Source: Candidatus Kaiserbacteria bacterium RIFCSPHIGHO2_01_FULL_46_22
Lineage (GTDB): Bacteria > Patescibacteriota > Minisyncoccia > Phycocordibacterales > UBA918
Length of the DNA: 64,000 nt
Direction: 5' to 3'
Assembly (NCBI GenBank): GCA_001779595.1
Contig: MFKO01000008.1
Location: 86,869 to 150,868 of the forward strand
Below, piece by piece: positions 56,964 to 64,000 of the stretch. Below the pieces are notes generated by a model. That model saw only the letters and a program-made list of their open reading frames with translations, searched no databases and was not told the origin of the DNA. A program made the translations under genes and the position numbers. The number at the start of each line of letters is the position of its first letter. Positions within the stretch are counted from its first letter, which is position 1.

Positions 56964-57188
56964 ATGGTAAACAAAAGGAAGAGTCCAATGACAATGATAC
57001 TCCTCGCGATTGCACTTCTGGGCCAGCTCTCCAGCACGCAAGAGACGACGTCTCTCCAGTGCTTTGATCTGGATGAAAACCAGCGAGTGTGTATCGGGGA
57101 AGAGGAAACACTGTCGGCCTCCGAGCCGGTGGATAAGTTTCCCATCATCAAAGAAGAGGTAGAGAAGATAACTTATCGTTACATCTAG
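56964..57188 (+). CDS. Small secreted protein (74 aa, signal peptide, 2 Cys)
   Basis: The product is MVNKRKSPMTMILLAIALLGQLSST...CFDLDENQRVC, internal to track ORF 56673..57188. It sits between terminator hairpins at 56881-56906 and 57209-57240. Confidence 0.35.
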   Translation: MVNKRKSPMTMILLAIALLGQLSSTQETTSLQCFDLDENQRVCIGEEETLSASEPVDKFPIIKEEVEKITYRYI

Positions 57189-57394
57189 TAGCGAAAAAGA
57201 GTCATCTCGGGTGCGGGGCGGCAAGCCGCCCCGCACACCCTCTTGCCATATTTCAGCAATGGTGTATGGTAAACGTAGGTCTTGGACAACCTTTTGTTTC
57301 AACCCCAGTACGATCCGCCGTGATCGTCTATACAGCCGGAGCGCATCACCCCCAGTGGTTGCCTCCGGTTTTTTTTATTTCCATGCAGGCTCGC

Positions 57395-57480
57395 TTGACA
57401 ATCAGTGATAGTCGTGTATAATAAACAGCAGTAAATCAGAGGATAGCTTCTGATTGATCTCGGCTAAGGAGGCCAAACCA
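57395..57480 (+). promoter_or_regulatory. Promoter plus leader cassette, copy A. It carries ttgaca-N16-tataat, a leader hairpin, and an AAGGAGG RBS 8 nt before the ATG.
   Basis: From gtgtataataaacagcagtaaatcagaggatagcttctgattgatctcggctaaggaggccaaaccaATG, it is 100% identical to copy B at 57954-58039. Confidence 0.6.
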
Positions 57481-57762
57481 ATGACCAAGTTTTTTGCAAT
57501 CGTTCTCGCCACCGCCGCCTTCGCTTTTCTCGCTGTTGCACCCGCAACGGCGGTTGAAAACGTGTTCTTGCTGAAAGGCAAGACAACAGTGACCGTTTAC
57601 TATAAAGACGGTCGGGTGATAAAAAAGAATATTTTCTCCCCTGGCACTTACAAAGGCAGGCACGTATGGATTCTGCGGGTAGGCGCGCCCGTAAAAAAGG
57701 TTTGCATTGGCAGTCTCTGCAACACCCAGGACGGCCTGCGCAAGAACATGATCTTCAAGTAA
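57481..57762 (+). CDS. Small secreted basic protein (93 aa precursor, signal peptide MTKFFAIVLATAAFAFLAVAPATA, 2 Cys)
   Basis: It starts at the ATG immediately after the consensus RBS. The track ORF 57454 is N-extended. Confidence 0.6.
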   Translation: MTKFFAIVLATAAFAFLAVAPATAVENVFLLKGKTTVTVYYKDGRVIKKNIFSPGTYKGRHVWILRVGAPVKKVCIGSLCNTQDGLRKNMIFK

Positions 57763-57953
57763 CGCACACGTCGACGGGGCGTGTATGACAAAAAAGTCCC
57801 AGCGATCAATTCAAGAATGGCCCAGGAATACGAAAGTGTTTCCCGGGCCATTATTTTATAAGATGAAATTGCATTCATAGTTAAAGTAGTCTCCGAGCAA
57901 GGTCAATTTTGTTACTTCCGCACGCCCAATCCAGCTGGTAATTTACGGTTAGG

Positions 57954-58039
57954 TTGACAATTCCTGTTAGTTGTGTATAATAAACAGCAGTAAATCAGAG
58001 GATAGCTTCTGATTGATCTCGGCTAAGGAGGCCAAACCA
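57954..58039 (+). promoter_or_regulatory. Promoter plus leader cassette, copy B (identical to copy A downstream of the -35 spacer)
   Basis: The sequence ttgacaattcctgttagttgtgtataat... is followed by the same leader and RBS as copy A. Confidence 0.6.
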
Positions 58040-58282
58040 ATGAACAAGCTCATCGCAGTTGCAATTGCCGCTACCTTCGCAATCCTTCCTGTCGCAGACG
58101 CCTTCGCAGCGATTGCTTCATGCAAGACTGTCTACGTCAAGAAGTACAAGGTCACTCTGCAGAATCGAGGGGAAAGCAATACGAGACTGGCAGGCTTCAG
58201 CGGCAAGGTCAGCGACACGAACCGCCCGAGGTGGTTCATCACGCACACGCGCACCGGGAAGTGCGGGTGGGCCAGACACTGA
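58040..58282 (+). CDS. Small secreted basic protein (80 aa precursor, signal peptide MNKLIAVAIAATFAILPVADAFA, 2 Cys)
   Basis: It starts at the ATG after the AAGGAGG RBS. The mature part is unrelated to that of 57481..57762. Confidence 0.6.
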   Translation: MNKLIAVAIAATFAILPVADAFAAIASCKTVYVKKYKVTLQNRGESNTRLAGFSGKVSDTNRPRWFITHTRTGKCGWARH

Positions 58283-58404
58283 CAGATCATCGTCGACGTA
58301 CATATATCTCTCAGATACCCAGTTGCTGATTTCAGCGATTGGGTATTTCTTTATCAACAGATAAGCGATCAACATTTTTTTGAGTGGCGTATTATGTATC
58401 TAAT

Positions 58405-59928
58405 ATGTCAACTAATAAGAAAATCAAAAACAATCTTCTCAAACTTTTTAGTAATGGAGCTGTGCTCGGTACAGCATTAACGGCCACCCAAGTTAAAGCT
58501 GGAGGTGAAGGAGGGGGAGGAGGCGGTGGTGGTGTTGGAGATTACAGCGACACAAGTGTTACTAATTACAACGCCGTCGAGGGAACGGAGGCTGCTGACG
58601 GACTGTCAGTAGGCTCATACGAAGCAGATTTTGATGATGATGGCACTGTGGACGCCACAATGGACGTCAGGGCGGCACCGTCAACCCCGTTTCTTGCTGT
58701 TTGGAATGGCCAACAGTATGTGCATGAAAATGATTTTCTTTTTGGTAAACCAAATACCGTCTTCGCTAACTACAAGATGGGTGTAAAAGCCTACGAGCAA
58801 GGAATTGGTGGTGACACATATCTTCTTAGTGACACTTTGCGCGCGGATGAGAAGGGTGAACTACGTATGCAGATTCGCGAGCTCGAACCCGAAGAGTCAT
58901 ATATAGACAAGTTCTCCATTAGCGCTTTAGACCTCAAAGAGAATGAACACTTTGTAGCTGACGGTAATCTGGAAGACAGTTATGTTTTTGATACCACAGA
59001 GGCCAAGGTTGTAGATGGTGTAATGAATCATTATCACGCCAAGCAAAATGATTTCACATCCGTATCAAGTACTTACACTACGTTAACCCCGAAAGAAGGA
59101 GAGAGTGTAACGATGCAAACAGGCGATGAGTTGGTCATCCGTGTACCAAAAATACAACTCGATTCTTCCAAGGACACTTTTGTTTTGATCGATTCCCACT
59201 TCCGCGACTGGTCATTGGGTAACCAAGTGCCGTTCTCACGCTTGGAAAAATTTATGATCCAGAGTGTTGCTTTAGGTCGCAGTGGCGCAACCACTTTGGC
59301 TGGAATAGCATTATTGGCATCGGTAGCCTTTGTTGGCCTTAACAAGGCAGATTCTGATGTATTAGCCAAACTTCTAAGCGTGCCACACAGTTATGCCGAC
59401 TACACAATAGGTTCCATTACTAGATCATTGGTTATTTCCGCCGGAGACAGCTTTGGCCAAACGTATTTACAGACACTCTTCCCACGCTACGTACAAGCCA
59501 CGCAGGAAGTAGTGCGTATTCCAAAAGAAATAATCGCTAGTCTAAAGGACGAATTCCTTACTCTTCGCATTAAGGCCACCAAGAAGCATAAAGTCCGCGC
59601 GGCTTTTGCTTTCCAAGGCACTGCGCTCACTCCAGCAGTAAATGCTTTGTCTATACAAAAAGTTGTTAATCCTAAGACAGGAGCTGACTACACGGAACAG
59701 ATAAAAGAAAAAAATAATGTTTTCTTGCATACTATTCCTGGAGATGTGATGGACGTAGTTATCAAAGATCTACCAAAAGTTAGCGGTACTAGCCGTCGCT
59801 ACGTTCTTCGTGCTAATGGTTTTTATACCAGAATGTCTGCCGCTACAGCAGCAACAATCGGAAAGAATTGGTTGGAACGTTTGGCACCTGAAGATCGAAC
59901 CTTGCTCAAAGATCTACGGTTGTCTTAA
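58405..59928 (+). CDS. Secreted hypothetical protein with an N-terminal Gly-rich tract
   Basis: A signal-like N-terminus MSTNKKIKNNLLKLFSNGAVLGTALTATQVKA is followed by GGEGGGGGGGGVGDY. The track GTG start is 58384. Confidence 0.55.
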   Translation: MSTNKKIKNNLLKLFSNGAVLGTALTATQVKAGGEGGGGGGGGVGDYSDTSVTNYNAVEGTEAADGLSVGSYEADFDDDGTVDATMDVRAAPSTPFLAVWNGQQYVHENDFLFGKPNTVFANYKMGVKAYEQGIGGDTYLLSDTLRADEKGELRMQIRELEPEESYIDKFSISALDLKENEHFVADGNLEDSYVFDTTEAKVVDGVMNHYHAKQNDFTSVSSTYTTLTPKEGESVTMQTGDELVIRVPKIQLDSSKDTFVLIDSHFRDWSLGNQVPFSRLEKFMIQSVALGRSGATTLAGIALLASVAFVGLNKADSDVLAKLLSVPHSYADYTIGSITRSLVISAGDSFGQTYLQTLFPRYVQATQEVVRIPKEIIASLKDEFLTLRIKATKKHKVRAAFAFQGTALTPAVNALSIQKVVNPKTGADYTEQIKEKNNVFLHTIPGDVMDVVIKDLPKVSGTSRRYVLRANGFYTRMSAATAATIGKNWLERLAPEDRTLLKDLRLS

Positions 59929-59950
59929 GAATTAACTCATTATTATTTTT

Positions 59951-61006
59951 ATGCTTGAAGGAATCAAACAAAAAACACCATCCCTCACTTCTATTGTGGG
60001 TATGGTGGTAGCGGTAATCGTAGTGCTACTTGCTTACGGAGCGTGGCAGGTTATTTGGCCAACACTCGGTGTTGGTAAACTTGAATTAAAGGACCTCTCG
60101 GGCCGATTGGTTTATAGCGGTAAATTAGAAAGCGAAATAGCACCAAAAACTTACAGTCTTAATTTGACCAATGGTTCAATGCAGGTGGTGAATGAGAGTG
60201 AGCGCTTCGGTTTCTTTTCAACTAGTGCAATTGAATTTTCTTCGGCTGAAAATGATAGCAACTTCTTCTTCCGGGCAGTGGCCGTTGATAATACTTCAGG
60301 CACAACAACGTTGGTAAAAAGAGTAGTGCACGCGGTATTGCCTGATCAGGTTAAGGTTTTAGCTCAGGAGTCTACGGATCAGTACGGCACAATGTCTTGG
60401 TCCGAAAGTAGCAAAATGCTCGCACGGTCTGTCGTGGGTGAAACTGTATCTGGAACAGAGCGCGCAATTACTTCGAATTGGAAAACCTTAATCAGCAACG
60501 AAGCAGGGGAAGTACAGTCAGAAATACCCGACGCAGCGCATCCAACCTGGATGCCAAATAGTGATGTATTGCTGTACCTTCGATCTGACGGTATCTATGC
60601 TTATGATATGGATGTTGGAGCCGAATTACGTTTGATTAGCTTCTTGGAACGCGGAGAAGTGTTTACGTCCGTAATTGGTATCATGTTTGAAGTATCACCG
60701 GATGGTCGTCGATTGGTGGTAACTACTCCGGGCAGAGGAAATGTTAGTGTTTATGAAGTGACAGCTACTATGGATGTGACCAAGTTATATTCACGTGATA
60801 ATGATTCAGTGAGTTACTCTTGGCCGGTAGTGTCTCCTGACGGAATGTCTTACGCTGTGATTGCTAGAGATATTGTGAACGAAGCTTTAGCTAATCCCCG
60901 CATTGAGTTTTACGCAATGGATAATGATCGGCAAGAGGTTATTGCTACACAGTCTCTAGCTGATTTTGATCCAACTCTAGTTTATCTAGATGATTGGATT
61001 AAGTAG
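59951..61006 (+). CDS. Membrane-anchored protein with a TolB/PD40-like beta-propeller C-terminal domain
   Basis: An N-terminal TM segment is present. Repeats such as WMPNSDVLLYLRSDGIYAYDMD and FEVSPDGRRLVVTT resemble PD40 blades. Confidence is low. Confidence 0.4.
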   Translation: MLEGIKQKTPSLTSIVGMVVAVIVVLLAYGAWQVIWPTLGVGKLELKDLSGRLVYSGKLESEIAPKTYSLNLTNGSMQVVNESERFGFFSTSAIEFSSAENDSNFFFRAVAVDNTSGTTTLVKRVVHAVLPDQVKVLAQESTDQYGTMSWSESSKMLARSVVGETVSGTERAITSNWKTLISNEAGEVQSEIPDAAHPTWMPNSDVLLYLRSDGIYAYDMDVGAELRLISFLERGEVFTSVIGIMFEVSPDGRRLVVTTPGRGNVSVYEVTATMDVTKLYSRDNDSVSYSWPVVSPDGMSYAVIARDIVNEALANPRIEFYAMDNDRQEVIATQSLADFDPTLVYLDDWIK

Positions 61007-61068
61007 TTAAATTTCCTAATAACAAAAACGCTGCGTCAGACGCAGCGTTTTTTGTTATGGGTCATTCT

Positions 61069-62358
61069 TTATTCAGCCAAAGCAGCTAGTTCTTCTTGCA
61101 CAACTTCGGCATCACTCCATTTTTCCCGTGTGTTGTTAGGCCCCATAATATAAGGATCGGTACCTTTACCAGAAATGATCACGTAGTCGCCATTTTTGGC
61201 CTCCTTAAACGCGGTGCGTATGGCGAGCCGGCGGTCCATTATGATATCTAATTTAGATTTATCTGCGATGCCATTGGCCATTTCTTCCAGTATTTTTCTA
61301 GGATTTTCGTCGTAGGGATCTTCATTGGTGAGAATTATTCTGTCACAATAATTTTCAGCAATAGCACCCATTTCAGGCCGTTTCCAACGATCGCGACCAC
61401 CGCCGGTGTTACCTAAGATGCACACCTTAGGCACGTCTTTAAAGGCTTGGTATAGCTTTTCTAAGGAATCAGGTGTGTGGGCATAATCCACTACAACGGT
61501 GATTTGTTTAGACGATCCAGCAGGGCTGTAAAAGTGTTCCACCCGACCGTGAATTGGAGGCAGAGTACCTAAAGCCTTTTCGATCGAACGCCAAGGTATG
61601 TCCAGTCCGCGGGCAAGAGTTATTGCGGCCAATGCGTTATAGACATTGAACAAACCAACCAGGGGTACGCGAATAGTAATTTCTTCGCCTCCGTCTTTAA
61701 AAATCAAACCGATGCTGTCCTTGTGTAACGTGTGAAGGTTTAAAGTGTCTAAAGAAAAAGGTATTTTTTCTTCCACATCGATGTTTAGAAAATCTTTGCC
61801 GTGCTCGTCGTCAATGTTGGCTATTACATAGCGTGGTCGCTTCGGTGATTTTTCTAAAGCGCTTGCAATTGATAGCTTAGCTTCTTTATATCTGAGAAAT
61901 GAACCGTGTGACTCTATATGTTCAGGCGTTAGGTTGGTGAAAACCAATGCGTCTAATTCAATAAATCGGTGACGATACTGCTTGGCTCCTTCGGAAGTCA
62001 TTTCCAGTACGGCGTGTGTGCAACCAGCTGTTGCTGCGTCGCGTAGAAATTTTTGTACGAAGAAACGACCAGGAGTGGTCATTTTGTAAAGATTGGGGCG
62101 AGCGTCATTACCGATCTTGAACTGGATAGTAGAAAGGGAAGCGGTGTTTATTCCGGCAGTAGACAAGATAGCGCTTATCAATTCCACTGTGGTGGATTTA
62201 CCTTTAGTGCCAGTAACAGCAATGACGATTAATTCGCGAGAAGGATGATGATAAATTTTGTCCCCGAGCCAGGCTAGGGCTAGGTGATAGGGAGGTCGTA
62301 GGTAATTCAGAAATTGTCCAGGTAATATCCGCTTGCTCCAATATAAGATCGTATCCAT
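61069..62358 (-). CDS. Mur ligase family protein (MurE/MurT-like)
   Basis: The ATP-binding segment VIAVTGTKGKSTTVELI and the C-terminal DYAHTPDSLEKL (MurE-like) are present. The 429-aa product lacks a typical MurE N-terminal domain. A bidirectional terminator lies at 61024-61056. Confidence 0.65.
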   Translation of the reverse strand: MDTILYWSKRILPGQFLNYLRPPYHLALAWLGDKIYHHPSRELIVIAVTGTKGKSTTVELISAILSTAGINTASLSTIQFKIGNDARPNLYKMTTPGRFFVQKFLRDAATAGCTHAVLEMTSEGAKQYRHRFIELDALVFTNLTPEHIESHGSFLRYKEAKLSIASALEKSPKRPRYVIANIDDEHGKDFLNIDVEEKIPFSLDTLNLHTLHKDSIGLIFKDGGEEITIRVPLVGLFNVYNALAAITLARGLDIPWRSIEKALGTLPPIHGRVEHFYSPAGSSKQITVVVDYAHTPDSLEKLYQAFKDVPKVCILGNTGGGRDRWKRPEMGAIAENYCDRIILTNEDPYDENPRKILEEMANGIADKSKLDIIMDRRLAIRTAFKEAKNGDYVIISGKGTDPYIMGPNNTREKWSDAEVVQEELAALAE

Positions 62359-62421
62359 AAAGACAGTATAAAATGAAAATCCACCGGCGGCGAATTTGTC
62401 TGGTTAGAGTAGAATGTGTGC

Positions 62422-63882
62422 ATGCGATGGTTCGTTTGGCTTTTGTCAGGCTTGTGTCTGGCTCTCATCTCCGTAAATCAAGTGTTTTGGTGGTTGGCCT
62501 TCCTTGGTTTGTTTTTGTTTATTTACGCCATCACCAGAGCACTTAGCTGGCACGAAGCCGCTCTCGGCGGACTTTTGGTGGGTACTTTGAAAGCGATGGG
62601 TGGATATGCTTGGGGTTGGTCTGCTTACCCGATGGTTTGGGTAACGCTTGGTAAATTGGGGCAAATACTGCTTATCAGCGCATATTGGTTATCTACTTCC
62701 AGCTTTGCGGGTCTCGGTATCGCAGCCGCTACGGTCTTGTTGTTTTTAATCTGGCAGAAAAACAGAATATTCTTCTTCGCGCTAATTCCAGTGCTGTGGT
62801 TGGCGGGGGAAATACTCGGCTCCTTCACAGCCTCAATCATTTTACTCGGTCCGAATGTGCCGCTAAACTCCGATGTCGTACACGGTTATGTAGGGATTGC
62901 TTTGGCCAACATTTCCTTGTTTTACCCTTTCTCTTCCATTACTGGAATATATGGACTGACTGTAGTCGTGGTGGCTTTGAGTGCGTTCGGATACTTTGTT
63001 TGGACTCATGCGGCTTGGGGTTGGACCAGAAAGGTTTTTTGGTACGGATACTGCGCCACCGCACTGTTGATTTTTTATGTAATTTTTCCAACAACTCCAC
63101 TACCGGCAGTTGAAAAAACCATTGTAGCTATAGATACCAGATTTAGCGTGAATTTACTTCATGGACCGGATGGAGAGAAGATAAAAGCGAGTAATGAAAT
63201 AACAGCGGTTTTGGCTGCAGCCAAAACCGCCCCCGATATAATTCTACTTCCTGAGGACGCACGTTTGACGGATTATCTTGGTGGGACTGAAGCCGCTCTG
63301 ACTTGGTTAGATTCCAGGATAGATACTGATGTAGTGGTGGTTGATAGTGTGAGAGTGGAAGATGAGGAAGGGGCAGTTTTACGGGCGGTTTACTATGATC
63401 TTGGCAAACAGGCTGTTTATATGACCGATAAGCAGTTCCTGATTCCACAAGGTGAATACATCACCTATCCCTTCATTCTAGGCTTAAAATTACTAGGACG
63501 AGATGAAGACTGGAGCAAGATATTGAACAACCAAAATTATCATCCAGGCAAACAAGCTGGCTATGATAAATTTCCAGCCGACATACCAGGTGTTTTATTT
63601 TGCTCTGAGAGTTCTTATATTGGCGGTATTTCAAGAATTGCTAACCTGAGGGAAAGTCCGGTCGTGTTGCACGTCATTTCACACGCCCGTTTTAACGACC
63701 CTGACATATTGTGGTATCAGTTGGACGCAATGATTCGGACGCAAGCTATTTATACAAAAAAAATTGTTATATCCTCCGGCAACGTAACCCCGAGTAAACT
63801 TTATGGTCCAGACGGTCGCATAGTCAGAGGGGAAGTAATCCTCAGTACCGAATTTTTTGATCTGGTAGAATATAATCTTTGA
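62422..63882 (+). CDS. lnt: Apolipoprotein N-acyltransferase-like protein (polytopic N-terminal domain plus a CN-hydrolase C-terminal domain)
   Basis: About 8 TM segments are followed by a nitrilase-fold region with candidate Glu (ILLPEDARL) and Cys (VLFCSESSY) residues. The track start is GTG 62416. Confidence 0.55.
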   Translation: MRWFVWLLSGLCLALISVNQVFWWLAFLGLFLFIYAITRALSWHEAALGGLLVGTLKAMGGYAWGWSAYPMVWVTLGKLGQILLISAYWLSTSSFAGLGIAAATVLLFLIWQKNRIFFFALIPVLWLAGEILGSFTASIILLGPNVPLNSDVVHGYVGIALANISLFYPFSSITGIYGLTVVVVALSAFGYFVWTHAAWGWTRKVFWYGYCATALLIFYVIFPTTPLPAVEKTIVAIDTRFSVNLLHGPDGEKIKASNEITAVLAAAKTAPDIILLPEDARLTDYLGGTEAALTWLDSRIDTDVVVVDSVRVEDEEGAVLRAVYYDLGKQAVYMTDKQFLIPQGEYITYPFILGLKLLGRDEDWSKILNNQNYHPGKQAGYDKFPADIPGVLFCSESSYIGGISRIANLRESPVVLHVISHARFNDPDILWYQLDAMIRTQAIYTKKIVISSGNVTPSKLYGPDGRIVRGEVILSTEFFDLVEYNL

Positions 63883-63897
63883 TACATTCTTATAGTT

Positions 63898-64000
63898 ATG
63901 TTCTTTCTCACTTCGGCCATTCAAAAAAAGGAGTTCAGAAAACTATTTGTTGGTCTGCCTACTGCGGTCAAGCTGGTGCCGGTTTTAATCGGCGTGCTAC
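63898..64000 (+). CDS. Start of an ORF running off the right edge (MFFLTSAIQKKEFRKLFVGLPTAVKLVPVLIGVL...). The function is unknown.
   Basis: Manual translation from the ATG at 63898. No stop occurs before the window end. Confidence 0.2.
   Translation, partial: MFFLTSAIQKKEFRKLFVGLPTAVKLVPVLIGVL

Noticed and set aside
56579-57302. Overlapping track ORFs 56579..57151 (-), 56892..57302 (-), 56920..57111 (-) and the long form of 56673..57188 (+)
   Set aside because: They are mutually exclusive overlaps across the 3' end of the PG-binding gene and two terminators. Only the short signal-peptide ORF 56964..57188 is retained, and that at low confidence.
58501-58540. G-rich DNA tract encoding GGEGGGGGGGGVGD as a possible phase-variable homopolymer
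   Set aside because: The codons are mixed (gga/ggt/ggg/ggc/gag), so there is no perfect homopolymeric run that would promote slipped-strand mispairing.
1-64000. CRISPR arrays, rRNA genes, transposases/IS elements, integrases, prophage genes
   Set aside because: No regularly spaced direct repeats, no rRNA-like conserved stretches, and no DDE transposase or tyrosine/serine recombinase motifs were seen in any long ORF.

Overview
This 64 kb window is a gene-dense bacterial chromosomal segment (about 47% GC) that contains the replication origin region. The evidence for the origin is rpmH-rnpA-yidC on the minus strand facing dnaA-dnaN on the plus strand, with DnaA-box motifs between them. Several features point to a Patescibacteria/CPR-type (Saccharibacteria-like) genome, but this is an inference. 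These features are: almost no genes have a Shine-Dalgarno motif; all four tRNAs lack an encoded 3' CCA while a CCA-adding enzyme gene is present; proteins of conserved families are short; and a type IV secretion-like operon sits alongside a type IV pilus ATPase. Housekeeping genes include an ECF sigma factor with a partial anti-sigma gene at the left edge, cca, xth, mltG, cspA, rpsO, comM/yifB, pcrA, rsmA, yidC, rnpA, rpmH (missed by the ORF track), dnaA, dnaN, PBP1A, tyrS, ruvC-yebC-ruvB without ruvA, pilB, tsaE, polA, a holA-like gene, a SpoU/TrmH methyltransferase, a Mur ligase and an lnt-like gene. Accessory and unusual content falls into four areas. (i) A tRNA island (Pro, Gly, Arg) carries a YraN-like gene with five copies of the palindrome GTTTCAYRTGAAAC, an HTH/LAGLIDADG-like gene, and long perfect hairpins that incorporate the tRNA 3' ends. 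(ii) An 11 kb translationally coupled operon (22.6-33.7 kb) of hypothetical membrane and secreted proteins includes VirB6-like, VirB3-like and pilin-like genes, and a VirB4 ATPase split by a single in-frame TAG. (iii) A tRNA-Lys gene is followed by three degenerate copies of its own 3' end. (iv) A secretome island (51-61 kb) holds a 1631-aa secreted giant protein with a LAS/M15-type peptidase motif, a peptidoglycan-binding protein, and three small signal-peptide proteins. Two of those small genes are driven by an identical duplicated promoter-plus-leader cassette carrying a consensus -35/-10 and an AAGGAGG ribosome-binding site that is otherwise rare here. No CRISPR arrays, rRNA genes, transposases or integrases were found. 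Functional assignments come from motif recognition by eye and need confirmation by profile searches.
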